The notes beneath the pieces were generated by a model. The model worked only from the letters and a program-made list of their open reading frames with translations, was not told where the DNA came from and made no database searches. From NCBI GenBank assembly GCA_037447435.1, contig JBBIGR010000017.1:28985-92984 (forward strand): DNA of 64,000 nucleotides, in the 5' to 3' direction. Origin of the DNA: Fibrobacteria bacterium. Lineage in GTDB: Bacteria > Fibrobacterota > Chitinivibrionia > Chitinivibrionales > FEN-1185. Both the position numbers and the translations under genes were made by a program. This document shows, piece after piece, positions 37,102 to 47,150 of this stretch; positions within the stretch are counted from its first letter, which is position 1, and each line of letters begins with the position of its first letter.

Positions 37102-39522
37102 TCAATTTTTCTTTTTTTTCAATTTCAATAAGCCGACAATCAACCAATAAATACCTAATCCAATCATAAGAGGAAAAGAAAATATCGCTGCCTTTTTCAA
37201 ATACAATGAATGCGGTATCATTTCAACGACATGTCCGCCCTTAGCGATGTTTACCGCCATCCATGTTCCATCGGCCCGGTATACTTTCGCCGGCACGTTA
37301 TCGATTTTAATGACCCAGCCGGGATAATACATTTCCGATATCCTTAAAAAGCCGTCACTGGGAACCGTCACCGTGACCTTTCGATAATTGGGAGTATATC
37401 TTTTCCATGTATAGGTCATCGGCCTTATCAATGTATCGACAGACGATATATCGGGTTTTTTTAAAGGCTCATTCAAAAGAGCAACCGTGTTATGATAATC
37501 GTATTTGCCTTCGCGAAGCCCCGCAATGATTTGATTGCTGTCGAGCACTATGTAATTCTTGGCAAACGATATTCTTCCCAAAGCCCCGTCATTGGGAATT
37601 TTAATCAATTCGGACCCTTGCCGGAACAGATAATATCGGACATTGGATAAATTTAAGAACGCATTTCCCTGCCTTAAATTTTCAGGTTTCAAATACGGTC
37701 TGCCGTCAGATTGAAATCCCAATAAATTTGTAAAGAAGTTTCTATCCTGTTGATCGCCCCTGAATTCACGATACCAGCGTAATTCGTTATCATGGAAACC
37801 ATCAATGCCTTCCAAACCGTGTATTCCTTCGGCATTTTGTCCGGAAAAAGTGCCCGGCAATGAAAAACAGCGGAATGGCTCGATGTTCATTTCCGTTTGA
37901 ATATCGGAAATTCCCTGCTCCGTGTAAAAATATTGTCGCGGATCCACTGTCTTTATAAATTGAGAATCGATTCGAAGAACATCGATGAGCCCTATTGCAG
38001 CTACGGCGCAAATAAAAGCGATTTTTCCAATTTTCCCGGAAATCACTCCGATAAGCAATCCGAGTGATGATGCGGCAAAAACCCACCATACCCATAAATA
38101 CGGCACAAAATTCTTTGAAAAATTGGCATCAAATATCCTGAACTTCTGTTCCTCGATCATGGTCGTTGACAAAGGCTGCATTATCGCAATCACAAATGCC
38201 TTTATTGAAAAAAGCAATGTCATTGCCGTAATGGCGGCTATACCAATAGTAAGTCCTCTGATCCATTTCTTTTTCCGTTCTGCGGAAAAGGCCGCAAAGA
38301 TGTCATTGAAAACATCTTTAAGAAAAAGGCTCGCAAGAAGTATCGTAGAAAAGGAAAACCAAAACATCAGCATACTGCATGCACGGAATTTTTTTACTCC
38401 GGGAATAAGATAATACGCGATATGAAACACCGGCGTATGAGCACCAAGGGCATAGAAAAGTGCGAACAAAGAAAGCCCGCCCCAGAAAAAACGCCAAGGT
38501 TTTCTTTTAAGAATAATCGCCAGAACCGAAAACAATAATGCGATGGCTCCTGCATATTCGGTATTTAATTTGAACGGATTGTCCCCCCAATAGTAATCGA
38601 GGAAATTGCCGAATTCGGGTACCCAAAGTGAAAATGCCTCGGGCCAATGAAGCGACCAGGATGCCGCATATTCAAAACCCTTATCTACGCCTCGAACGGA
38701 AAATGCGTCTCTGACAAATAGAAATGACGGCAACAATTGAATCAATGCCAGACCGATTCCCAAAATAATTGCAATGCCAAAAAAAGTTGAGAGCTTAAAA
38801 ATGGGAAATACTTTCTTGTTTTTGATCCACACTAAGATGCAGTGTACAACCCAATAGAGAAACAAACCCCACAACATGAAATAAGCCATTTGAATTTGCG
38901 AAGAAAACAACGTTATCGCAATTCCTAAACCCAATAAGGACGCGTTGAAAAAATTAGGCAAGTCCATAAGGGACTTCAAACGCCAAAAAACAAACGGAAG
39001 CCAGGCAATGACAAACATTTTACCGTCATGCCCCGGATATACGTGAGAGAAAAATTCGGGATTAAGCATATAAAGCGCTGCCCCGATGAACGCCACAAGC
39101 GGAGACGTTTTAAACCCTTTGCGAAGTAGTAGAAAAAAGAACAATCCCGCAAGAAACACATGCAAAACCAATCTCATCCCCAAAGCTCTGGACATCGGCA
39201 TCATCGCATTAATGAGTAATGTCGGAACATACATTGCGTCGCCGAACATGGCATCTATCGAGGGCATTCCGCCAAGACGGGAATTAAACCACAGGGGAAA
39301 CTGATGATATTGTTCAATGGAATTTTTCAAAAACACTCTGGAGTCTATACCGTTGACCGTATCCGAACCGAAAAGCATTTGATCCGAAAAAATAAACGGA
39401 GTAAACACGATAACGACGAGTACCGCTAATGCGGAAACCAGGACAATACTTTTTGAGAAAAATCGTTTCAATTGATTTTCTTGCGTCGGCTTTTCGATTT
39501 TTACTTCCTTGGATTTTTCCAC
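37102..39522 (-). CDS. YfhO-family polytopic membrane protein (putative GT-C glycosyltransferase)
   Basis: PLWFNSRLGGMP, many TM segments, ISEMYYPGW..KID, AVNIAKGGHVV. GTG start with GAGG RBS. Confidence 0.82.
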   Translation of the reverse strand: MEKSKEVKIEKPTQENQLKRFFSKSIVLVSALAVLVVIVFTPFIFSDQMLFGSDTVNGIDSRVFLKNSIEQYHQFPLWFNSRLGGMPSIDAMFGDAMYVPTLLINAMMPMSRALGMRLVLHVFLAGLFFFLLLRKGFKTSPLVAFIGAALYMLNPEFFSHVYPGHDGKMFVIAWLPFVFWRLKSLMDLPNFFNASLLGLGIAITLFSSQIQMAYFMLWGLFLYWVVHCILVWIKNKKVFPIFKLSTFFGIAIILGIGLALIQLLPSFLFVRDAFSVRGVDKGFEYAASWSLHWPEAFSLWVPEFGNFLDYYWGDNPFKLNTEYAGAIALLFSVLAIILKRKPWRFFWGGLSLFALFYALGAHTPVFHIAYYLIPGVKKFRACSMLMFWFSFSTILLASLFLKDVFNDIFAAFSAERKKKWIRGLTIGIAAITAMTLLFSIKAFVIAIMQPLSTTMIEEQKFRIFDANFSKNFVPYLWVWWVFAASSLGLLIGVISGKIGKIAFICAVAAIGLIDVLRIDSQFIKTVDPRQYFYTEQGISDIQTEMNIEPFRCFSLPGTFSGQNAEGIHGLEGIDGFHDNELRWYREFRGDQQDRNFFTNLLGFQSDGRPYLKPENLRQGNAFLNLSNVRYYLFRQGSELIKIPNDGALGRISFAKNYIVLDSNQIIAGLREGKYDYHNTVALLNEPLKKPDISSVDTLIRPMTYTWKRYTPNYRKVTVTVPSDGFLRISEMYYPGWVIKIDNVPAKVYRADGTWMAVNIAKGGHVVEMIPHSLYLKKAAIFSFPLMIGLGIYWLIVGLLKLKKKKN

Positions 39523-39551
39523 AGTATCTCCCTCGTAAAGTTAACCGTATA

Positions 39552-40073
39552 TTACAAAATAGTGATTACCTGGTCTAATGATTCGAAATCAAAATTGTCC
39601 GGCGAATATTGGCTTTTGATAATATAACATTTCAAACCGGGCAATTCTATCCTATCGGATTGTTTGTCGCCCACCATGATCGAAGATGACAAATCGATAT
39701 TCAATTCCCGGGCAGCTTCAAAATACATTCCCGGTTTGGGTTTTCTTAAATCGGAATCCTTTTTATATCGCTCCACTACCCCGTCTTTGTGAAAAGGACA
39801 ATAATAAAATTTGGTTATTTCTATTCCTTTTTCCCTGAATTTCGCCGTCATCCACACATGCAGTTCTTGTACGTCCTTTTCGGTATAATATCCTTTTGCA
39901 ATTCCCGCCTGGTTCGTCGTGACGACCAGAATATACCCTTTTTCCAAGGCCGCTTTGCATACGTTAAACACGGCCGGTATAAAAACGATGTCCTGAGGGC
40001 GATAGGGATATTTTCTGTCTTCATTGATGATTCCGTCCCGGTCTAAAAACAAAGCTTTTATCTTTGAAGGCAT
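39552..40073 (-). CDS. gmhB: D-glycero-D-manno-heptose-1,7-bisphosphate phosphatase-like HAD hydrolase (subfamily IIIA)
   Basis: FLDRDGIIN, TNQAGIAKG, YCPFH, RKPKPGM, MVGDKQSD. Confidence 0.88.
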   Translation of the reverse strand: MPSKIKALFLDRDGIINEDRKYPYRPQDIVFIPAVFNVCKAALEKGYILVVTTNQAGIAKGYYTEKDVQELHVWMTAKFREKGIEITKFYYCPFHKDGVVERYKKDSDLRKPKPGMYFEAARELNIDLSSSIMVGDKQSDRIELPGLKCYIIKSQYSPDNFDFESLDQVITIL

Positions 40074-40173
40074 TGTATTAAAAATTCCTTAAGAAATAGA
40101 GAGTTATTGATTAAAAAGTTTTGAGTGAAATTATATTTCTATACGACGGAAATAAAAGATATAGGAAAATACC

Positions 40174-40728
40174 ATGAAACTCGGTCATGCCGCAATCATC
40201 ATGAGCATATTTTGCATACTTGAAGGAACAAGTTGTCGAAAACAACCGTCGTTGCCTCATTTCAATGCTTTGCCCGTGCAAATGTCTTCGACTATCCAAT
40301 TGCCGCAATACAATTCGGGCGGCTCCCGGATTATTGCCGATTCCCTTCATTGCGATTCTTTATTCCCGATCCTTTTAAAATGCCGGAACCAGGTCTATTT
40401 GCACCCTCAAAATGCGGGGGATATTTCGAATTTATTACGAATATCCTTTGATTCTGCGAGCGGCTGTTTTTTCGCAATCGGCAAAGGTGTGCAGAATAAC
40501 GCAATGCCCGAAGCCTCATGGAAACATGGGAGGAAAATGGCCTCGACGTACGATGCCAAACGGTGGGCCTTGTATTTAAAACTGTGGTCTCAAGGTCAAA
40601 TTGTCCCGTTTGGGAAAAAAATCTCCGGGGATATATCCTATAGCAAGGTGATTCTGGAAAAAATGGAAAATGACACCTTATTTACCTTAGTGTCAATTCC
40701 ATTCGGCAGTATTATCATCAAAGAATGA
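40174..40728 (+). CDS. Hypothetical exported/lipoprotein
   Basis: Hydrophobic N-terminus ending GTS-C. No family recognised. Confidence 0.55.
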   Translation: MKLGHAAIIMSIFCILEGTSCRKQPSLPHFNALPVQMSSTIQLPQYNSGGSRIIADSLHCDSLFPILLKCRNQVYLHPQNAGDISNLLRISFDSASGCFFAIGKGVQNNAMPEASWKHGRKMASTYDAKRWALYLKLWSQGQIVPFGKKISGDISYSKVILEKMENDTLFTLVSIPFGSIIIKE

Positions 40729-40737
40729 TTGATGCGG

Positions 40738-42024
40738 TCACACAAATACTATAAGCTCATTTGGATGTAAAACCAAATCGTCTCTTTTCGCTTCCTTTTT
40801 AAAAGAATCCCTGCATATTCTGACCATTGATTTATATGCAGCATACTCTGCAGGATAACTATCTGCGGAAAGAATACTATCGGTTTCAGCATCCTTATTT
40901 ACACAGAGTAAAATCGAATCGGATAGCGAATCCGATTTTTTCAGCAAAAACAGTATCTTTTCCTCATAAGGAGTCAGAACTTTCCAGGTTCCCTCTTCAC
41001 ATAAAACGGGATTTGTCTTTTTAAATTCATTCATGGTCTTTATCCATGCCGACAGGTCCCAAACAGGTTTGTCAACGTCTTTGGGCGTGCCGTTGACAAC
41101 GTCGATTCTCGTTTTTGCGCCGTATTCGTATCCCGTAGGCATGAGCAGGCCGGCGGAAAATAATGCCGCAAAAGCGTATCTCATTTTTTGATTTTCCAAG
41201 GTTCCCGGCTTTTCGCTTGCCAATCGCGTAGTATCGTGGGATTCCGGGAAACTGATCGACGGAGCAATCGATTTATTCGCTTCATGCTGTTCTACGCACC
41301 ACGGTTTGTCGAATTCCCAGTATTTGGAAGAATTGAAGAAATAGTCGAACCCGGATCCCGAAAGTTCGGCAATCTGTTCCATGGTGCAGCCGAGGGTCTC
41401 GGCAAGAAAAACGGTTCTGGGATACCGTTTCTTTGCCTTTGCAATGAGGAATTGCCATAATTCGACGGGGACCTGGTACGCGGCATCGCATCGAAAACCC
41501 AACACTCCCATTTCCTGAAAAAACTTGATCAGCTTGTCCCAATATTCCCATAACGTTTTTTTGTCTTTGCTGTCGTGATTGTCAATTTCCGCCAAATCTC
41601 CCCAAACGGTTACATTGTCGGCATTGGCCGGATCTATGGCATGCGGACTTACCAATCGACCTTGTTCGTCGTATTTGTACCAAAAAGGATTCGTTTTTAC
41701 CAATGTCGAATCGAATGCCGTATGATTTATCACTAAATCCATCATGAAATTTATGGAAGCGTCGTTGCAGGTCGCAATCATTTTTTTTAACGGACGAAAA
41801 TCGGACGTGTCCTGACCTTTTTTAAGAAAAAGCGGGTTTAATTGGTAATAGTTTTTAATTGCATACAGGCTGCCCGAAAATCCGGTTTCATGAAACGGAT
41901 TGACAAAAATCCAATTAAATCCCATTTTGGCGACATGCGGAACGATTCCCGGCCAATCGTCTATCGATTTGAAATAGCGAGGAAACATATTGAAAATTAT
42001 GGGGACTTCCTGGCGTTGTTTCAC
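40738..42024 (-). CDS. Glycoside hydrolase family 13 (alpha-amylase superfamily), cytoplasmic
   Basis: DLVINH, GFRCDAA (nucleophile), LAET (acid/base), ESHD. Confidence 0.9.
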   Translation of the reverse strand: MKQRQEVPIIFNMFPRYFKSIDDWPGIVPHVAKMGFNWIFVNPFHETGFSGSLYAIKNYYQLNPLFLKKGQDTSDFRPLKKMIATCNDASINFMMDLVINHTAFDSTLVKTNPFWYKYDEQGRLVSPHAIDPANADNVTVWGDLAEIDNHDSKDKKTLWEYWDKLIKFFQEMGVLGFRCDAAYQVPVELWQFLIAKAKKRYPRTVFLAETLGCTMEQIAELSGSGFDYFFNSSKYWEFDKPWCVEQHEANKSIAPSISFPESHDTTRLASEKPGTLENQKMRYAFAALFSAGLLMPTGYEYGAKTRIDVVNGTPKDVDKPVWDLSAWIKTMNEFKKTNPVLCEEGTWKVLTPYEEKILFLLKKSDSLSDSILLCVNKDAETDSILSADSYPAEYAAYKSMVRICRDSFKKEAKRDDLVLHPNELIVFV

Positions 42025-42878
42025 AATGATCCTCCTAAAACAATATTATCAATAAGACGCGTTTTCGATTCTTTCGTTCTTACCGCTATGGCGACAATTG
42101 CTTTTGATTCGATAATTTCAAGCCCCTTGGCCTGAAGGGTATCCACTATTTCAACATATTCCATAGCAAACAGAGGTTCTTTTTCAAAAGCATCGGTAAT
42201 CGATTTAGTCAAGACCGATACCCGTTTTTCACCTTCTTCGAAAAGAGCGGCGGCTTTTTGAAGCGCCTTGCGGATGCCGGGCGCTGCCGTTCTTTCCGGA
42301 ATTGTCAAGTAGACGTTCCGCGAACTCATAGCAAGACCGTCCGATTCGCGAATCGTTGGGGCAAAAACCAGTTCGACGGGCAGGTTCAAGTCATCGGCCA
42401 TTCGTTTAATGACGATACATTGCATGATATCTTTTAACCCGAATACGGCATAATCAGGCGCAACGATATTGAAAAATTTGAGAACAACGGTCGAAACGCC
42501 TTTAAAATGCCCCGGCCTGAAGGCACCGCATAAACGATCCGACAATGTATCGACCGTAACATAAGTAAAATATTCCCGAGGATACATTTCCTGTTTCGAC
42601 GGCGCGAAAACGATATCGCAACCCTGTTTCATCGCCAATGCGCAGTCGGCTTCAAACGGTCTGGGGTATTTGTTGAAATCCTCCTGCGGTCCGAATTGCG
42701 TCGGATTGACAAAAACGCTCACGACCACAATATCTGCATGCTGTTTCGCCAAATCGATAAGCGACAGATGTCCTGCATGAAGAGCACCCATGGTGGGCAC
42801 CAGGGCGACCGTTTTACCTGCAGCGTGCGCCGCAGAGGATTCCGCGGTCATTTCTTTGATCGTCGTCAGTATTTTCAT
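42021..42878 (-). CDS. panC: Pantoate--beta-alanine ligase
   Basis: VPTMGALHAGH, VNPTQF, RPGHFKGV, GLAMSSRN, RLIDN. Confidence 0.97.
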   Translation of the reverse strand: MKILTTIKEMTAESSAAHAAGKTVALVPTMGALHAGHLSLIDLAKQHADIVVVSVFVNPTQFGPQEDFNKYPRPFEADCALAMKQGCDIVFAPSKQEMYPREYFTYVTVDTLSDRLCGAFRPGHFKGVSTVVLKFFNIVAPDYAVFGLKDIMQCIVIKRMADDLNLPVELVFAPTIRESDGLAMSSRNVYLTIPERTAAPGIRKALQKAAALFEEGEKRVSVLTKSITDAFEKEPLFAMEYVEIVDTLQAKGLEIIESKAIVAIAVRTKESKTRLIDNIVLGGSL

Positions 42879-42887
42879 AGGAAACTA

Positions 42888-43595
42888 TTAATCCTTGGAT
42901 GCTTTGCGCTCGTTGAGGAGGTTTTTCGTTTTCGAATCCAATGGGCTATAGAAATTACTCCCCGGCAATGCCTTGCAAATCTCGTTAATCAGCTCTTCCC
43001 TGTCATCGTGATTTTCAACAAAATCAACATCGTTGGTATTGATGATCAAAAGGGGCGTATCGATATAATGAAAGAAAAAATGATTGTACGCCTGGTTGAG
43101 CTGGTCTATATAGTCGCGTTCGACGCCGAATTCGAACGGTCGGCCGCGTTTTTCTATTCTTTTAATCAGCGTATCGGTCGATGCCTGCAAATACACGACG
43201 TAATCGGGCATGGGGATCCGCTCTTCGAGGATGGAAACCATATGATTATACAGAGACATTTCGTTTTCATCCAAATTTATCGACGCGAATATTTTATCTT
43301 TTGCAAATATGTAATCGAATATGCTGACTTCGTGAAACAAATCGAGCTGCGTGAACGCCTCGGTAAGCTGCCGGTACCGGCTCAATAAAAACCATAATTG
43401 CGTTTGAAAGGCATAGGCCTTCCTGTTTTTGTAAAATTTCGGCAGGAAAGGGTTTTCCTCCCCTTCTTCACAGACCAGACGAGCATCCACCCGTTGGCTC
43501 AGTATCCGGCACAAAGACGTTTTCCCGACGCCGAGTACGCCTTCTATGCTCATTGTTTTGATATGACGGGGAAGATTTAATTTTGGTGCGTTCAT
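42888..43595 (-). CDS. Deoxynucleoside kinase
   Basis: IEGVLGVGKT P-loop, NPFLPKFY, FQTQLWFL, RIEKRGRPFE. Confidence 0.92.
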   Translation of the reverse strand: MNAPKLNLPRHIKTMSIEGVLGVGKTSLCRILSQRVDARLVCEEGEENPFLPKFYKNRKAYAFQTQLWFLLSRYRQLTEAFTQLDLFHEVSIFDYIFAKDKIFASINLDENEMSLYNHMVSILEERIPMPDYVVYLQASTDTLIKRIEKRGRPFEFGVERDYIDQLNQAYNHFFFHYIDTPLLIINTNDVDFVENHDDREELINEICKALPGSNFYSPLDSKTKNLLNERKASKD

Positions 43596-43623
43596 CGAAC
43601 TTGACCTTTAAAGGATTGTGACG

Positions 43624-44115
43624 TCACAAAAAAATAATTTCCTGCTGCAGTATATCATCCTTCATTTTTTTTAAAATATCTAAAATTCTATCGCGCGTTC
43701 CGGGAAATTTCCAATTCGGCGCAAGCTCATTGAGTCCATGCAGACAAAACCGTCTTTCTTTTATTGCCGGATGCGGAATGATGAGATTCTTGCTTTTAAC
43801 AATCGAATGCCCGAATAAAAGAATATCGATGTCCGACGTTCGGGCGCACGGGTATGTTTTCCGTTTCCGCCCCAATTCATTTTCGATTCTATTGCACTCC
43901 GTCAAAAGCCGGGCCGGAGAACCTTTATAGCGAGCCCGAATAATCACGTTTAAAAACCATTGTTTTTGATTTTTCATTCCCAGAGGTTTTGTTTCCATCA
44001 ATGTCGATGACAACACGGGGCCCACAAGAACCGCGGATAATTTTTTTATCATTTCATTAATGAAAAATATCCGGTTTCCGCTATTGGTGCCGAGGCTCAA
44101 AAAAACGGTAGTCAT
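43624..44115 (-). CDS. folK: 2-amino-4-hydroxy-6-hydroxymethyldihydropteridine diphosphokinase
   Basis: LSLGTNSG, FLN, IENELGR, RTSDIDIL, IPHP..ERRF. Confidence 0.92.
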   Translation of the reverse strand: MTTVFLSLGTNSGNRIFFINEMIKKLSAVLVGPVLSSTLMETKPLGMKNQKQWFLNVIIRARYKGSPARLLTECNRIENELGRKRKTYPCARTSDIDILLFGHSIVKSKNLIIPHPAIKERRFCLHGLNELAPNWKFPGTRDRILDILKKMKDDILQQEIIFL

Positions 44116-44159
44116 GAATATTCTATCATGTCAACAAACATGGTCCGACGAATTGAAAA

Positions 44160-45494
44160 TCAGAATGGATTGGATCGGAAATTCATCACTTCGACGGTAC
44201 CGTATTTTGAAAGCGTTCCGAACGCTTCGGCTTTTTTCCCCACTGCGATAACGGCAAAACCCGATGATGACAAATATGATGAAATCGCCTGATTAACGGA
44301 ATTTAAGGTGATCGAGGAAATCATTTCGTTGAAATGCTCTATGTAAGAAATGGTCCTGCCGAATTGCCGTAGCCATAAAAGCTTATCGGCAATGTTGACG
44401 ATTCCTTCAAGTTGAAACGCCATATTGCCGATTGCAAACTGTTTTGCCTTTGCCAGTTCGTCTTCGGTGACGCCTTCGACAGACGCTTTTTTATAAACGG
44501 TCATGATCGCTTCCAACATGCTTTCGACTTGCGAATTTTGTGTTGAGGTAGCAATTGAAAATACCCCGAAATTCCTGTTACATGAAATTTGCGAAGAAAT
44601 TCCGTAAGTTTTACCTTCTTTCGATCGGATATGCGCCATGAGGCGTGAAGAAAAATTACCGCCGCCGATTATATAATTGGCCAAAGCCAATTCGTTCCTG
44701 CTCGATCCTAATTCTCCCGCTATTGTATGCCCAAGAATGAAAGACACTTGGGACAAGTCGGGCTTATCCAATAACCGGATTTTATTTTCCGTTATCGGAT
44801 TAAGCGGCTCGCCGATGACCACTTGTTTTGAGCGTACCGAATTCCAAGATGAAAAGACAGGCTTGAATGTTTCGAGAAACGGAATCGAATTAAAATCGCC
44901 GGTTATTACCAACACGCAACCGTTAGGACAGAATAACGATTTATAATGGTCCAAAACATGCTGCAGCGTAATGCGTTTAATCGACTTTGTCGTATGAACC
45001 CTGCCTGCCGGATGCGAAGGTCCGCAAATAAGCGAGGTAAAATGCCAGTTGGCAATCGACATCGGATCGGCAGTTTCGGCTTGCAAACCGGTAATCATTT
45101 CGCGTTTCAAACGGACGAGCTCTTTTTGCCGGAACTCGGAATCGACAATCATTTCCCAGAAAAGCGGAATAACGTCGCTCGCATATCGGGAAAGCATTTT
45201 GCATCCGATAACGCAATGTTCGTCTCCGGACTCCGAAAACAATGCGGCACCGATATGCTCAAAGCGTTCGGAAAATTCTTCGGGAGTGTATTTTTTAGGG
45301 CCTTTTAAAAGCGTTGCAATGGTAATTTCGGTTAAGCCCTCCAAACCCGCAGGATCGCAAAATTCTCCAAAGGGAAGTTGCAGGCCGAGCGTCAAACCCT
45401 GCTGTTCATGGTTTTCGACCAGCATTATGGAAAGACCATTGCTCAAAGTTTCTTCGATTATCGGTGGAAATTTATATTCTTTTTGAACGAACAT
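44160..45494 (-). CDS. M16 family peptidase, non-catalytic subunit
   Basis: LSNGL, DPAGLEGL without HxxEH, GGGNFSSRL..IRSKEGKTYG (R/Y motif). Confidence 0.88.
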   Translation of the reverse strand: MFVQKEYKFPPIIEETLSNGLSIMLVENHEQQGLTLGLQLPFGEFCDPAGLEGLTEITIATLLKGPKKYTPEEFSERFEHIGAALFSESGDEHCVIGCKMLSRYASDVIPLFWEMIVDSEFRQKELVRLKREMITGLQAETADPMSIANWHFTSLICGPSHPAGRVHTTKSIKRITLQHVLDHYKSLFCPNGCVLVITGDFNSIPFLETFKPVFSSWNSVRSKQVVIGEPLNPITENKIRLLDKPDLSQVSFILGHTIAGELGSSRNELALANYIIGGGNFSSRLMAHIRSKEGKTYGISSQISCNRNFGVFSIATSTQNSQVESMLEAIMTVYKKASVEGVTEDELAKAKQFAIGNMAFQLEGIVNIADKLLWLRQFGRTISYIEHFNEMISSITLNSVNQAISSYLSSSGFAVIAVGKKAEAFGTLSKYGTVEVMNFRSNPF

Positions 45495-45531
45495 TGTTTT
45501 TTCCTATAAGCTGTTTCGTTAAAACAAGCCT

Positions 45532-46881
45532 TTATTTTTGAGGAAATAATTTCCTGAATATTCCCACGGCATAAAGAAGCGGATTTACTTTTTTAGGTTT
45601 TAAATACAGCGTATGGCGGACCGATTCGCTCCAATACCGTTTCGCCGCTTCTTTCAATGTTTCGATATCCAGATTTTCAAGCGCTTTCAACCGCTGCACC
45701 CACAAATGATAATCGCCTTCTATCGTTTCGGCATATCCCAATTTTTGACAGATATGTTCGGCCGAATACAATTCGAACATCCGGTTTGTCAAAACGACAT
45801 TTTTGACCTTTTCGATTTCCTTTTGCGAAATGCCGTTGTTTGCCAATTCGTTCACATGGTCCACGATGGCCTGTTCGACCTTTTTTTGCGGAACATTCGG
45901 GGTAAAAACCGCAAAAAACAACGTCATGCCGCCCAAACGAAGACATTGATTCATTCCACCCGCCATAACGGCAAGCGATTTGTTCCTGACAATGTCCCTA
46001 TGAAGCCTGCTCGATTCGCCTTGCGACATTATCATTTGCAATATTTCAAGAGGCATTGCGTCTTTGTCGGACGCCGACGGTGCCGGATATCCGACTATGC
46101 ACATCGGCACATCGAAATCGACAAGCCGTTTCATCCATGTCGAAGGCGGCGGCACAAAAGGCTTTTCCGATACAACGGATCCGGATTTGCTTTTCGCACT
46201 GTCTTGCGGCGAAGCAATGCTTCCGAATGCATTTTGCGCCTTATCGAAAACGGATTGATATTCATCGAAATCGCCGACGATAACCAAAACCGCGTTTGCC
46301 GGGCCATACCATGTCCGGTAATAGTTCATGCAGTCTTGTACCGATATTTTTTTTATGTCTTCTATTTTGCCAAGTGCGCTGTACGTATAGGGATGATCGA
46401 CAAAAAACTCTTTCCGAAATTCCAAAAACGATTTTGAAATCGGGTTGTTCATATACGTTTGGAATTCTTCCAAAATCACGTTTCGTTCGGTATTTAAAAC
46501 CTCTTCATTGATAACGAGGTTCGTCATCCGGTCGGCTTCAAGCGTCAGTACCATATCCAAATAATCGCGAGGAACGCTATTGAGATACGCGGTGACATCT
46601 TCGGCTGTAAATGCGTTATAGTGACCGCCGATATCGTTAATTTTCCGTGCATGCTCTTCCGGACCGAAATTTTTTGACCCTCTGAACATCATATGTTCGA
46701 AAAAATGGGAAATTCCCCTGATACCGTCGTGTTCATGAGCGCTTCCGGTTTTATACCAAACCTGTGCTGAAACTATGGGGGCACCGACTTTTTTCAGACA
46801 AATAATTTTAAGACCGTTATCAAGGGTTTTCTCCCTGATTTCGGAGGCTAAAGAGGAAGCAAATTGCTCCGGACCTGTCAT
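45532..46881 (-). CDS. M16 family zinc peptidase, catalytic subunit
   Basis: LDNGL, GISHFFEHMMFRGS (HxxEH), NAFT, ERNVILEE. Confidence 0.93.
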   Translation of the reverse strand: MTGPEQFASSLASEIREKTLDNGLKIICLKKVGAPIVSAQVWYKTGSAHEHDGIRGISHFFEHMMFRGSKNFGPEEHARKINDIGGHYNAFTAEDVTAYLNSVPRDYLDMVLTLEADRMTNLVINEEVLNTERNVILEEFQTYMNNPISKSFLEFRKEFFVDHPYTYSALGKIEDIKKISVQDCMNYYRTWYGPANAVLVIVGDFDEYQSVFDKAQNAFGSIASPQDSAKSKSGSVVSEKPFVPPPSTWMKRLVDFDVPMCIVGYPAPSASDKDAMPLEILQMIMSQGESSRLHRDIVRNKSLAVMAGGMNQCLRLGGMTLFFAVFTPNVPQKKVEQAIVDHVNELANNGISQKEIEKVKNVVLTNRMFELYSAEHICQKLGYAETIEGDYHLWVQRLKALENLDIETLKEAAKRYWSESVRHTLYLKPKKVNPLLYAVGIFRKLFPQK

Positions 46882-46941
46882 AGCGCTTCACCGATCTGAA
46901 TTAAAATGGGAATGCTACTAACGGAAGGAAACAAAAGAAAA

Positions 46942-47015
46942 TCGGAGTGAGAGGATTTGAACCTCCGACCACTTGGTCCCGAACCAAGTGCCCTACCAGG
47001 CTGGGCCACACTCCG
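46942..47015 (-). tRNA. tRNA-Pro (anticodon CGG), CCA not encoded
   Basis: Minus strand CGGAGTG acceptor stem, D arm GCCC-AGCCTGGTA-GGGC, anticodon arm CTTGG-TTCGGGA-CCAAG, T arm GGAGG-TTCAAAT-CCTCT. Confidence 0.97.
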
Positions 47016-47150
47016 AATAACTCTTCTGAAATCATACCTTTACCTGGTTAAGATTCAGGCATGATCATTTTATGCAACGAGTATAAAAATATCTTGTTTC
47101 TCGTATAAATGGCAACAAGAAAGATTTAGAATACTATAAAATTAACGATT

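Noticed and set aside
46942..47150. tRNA-Pro as an integration site for an island
   Set aside because: No integrase nearby, I saw no duplicate of the tRNA 3' end in the window, and the flanking genes are housekeeping.
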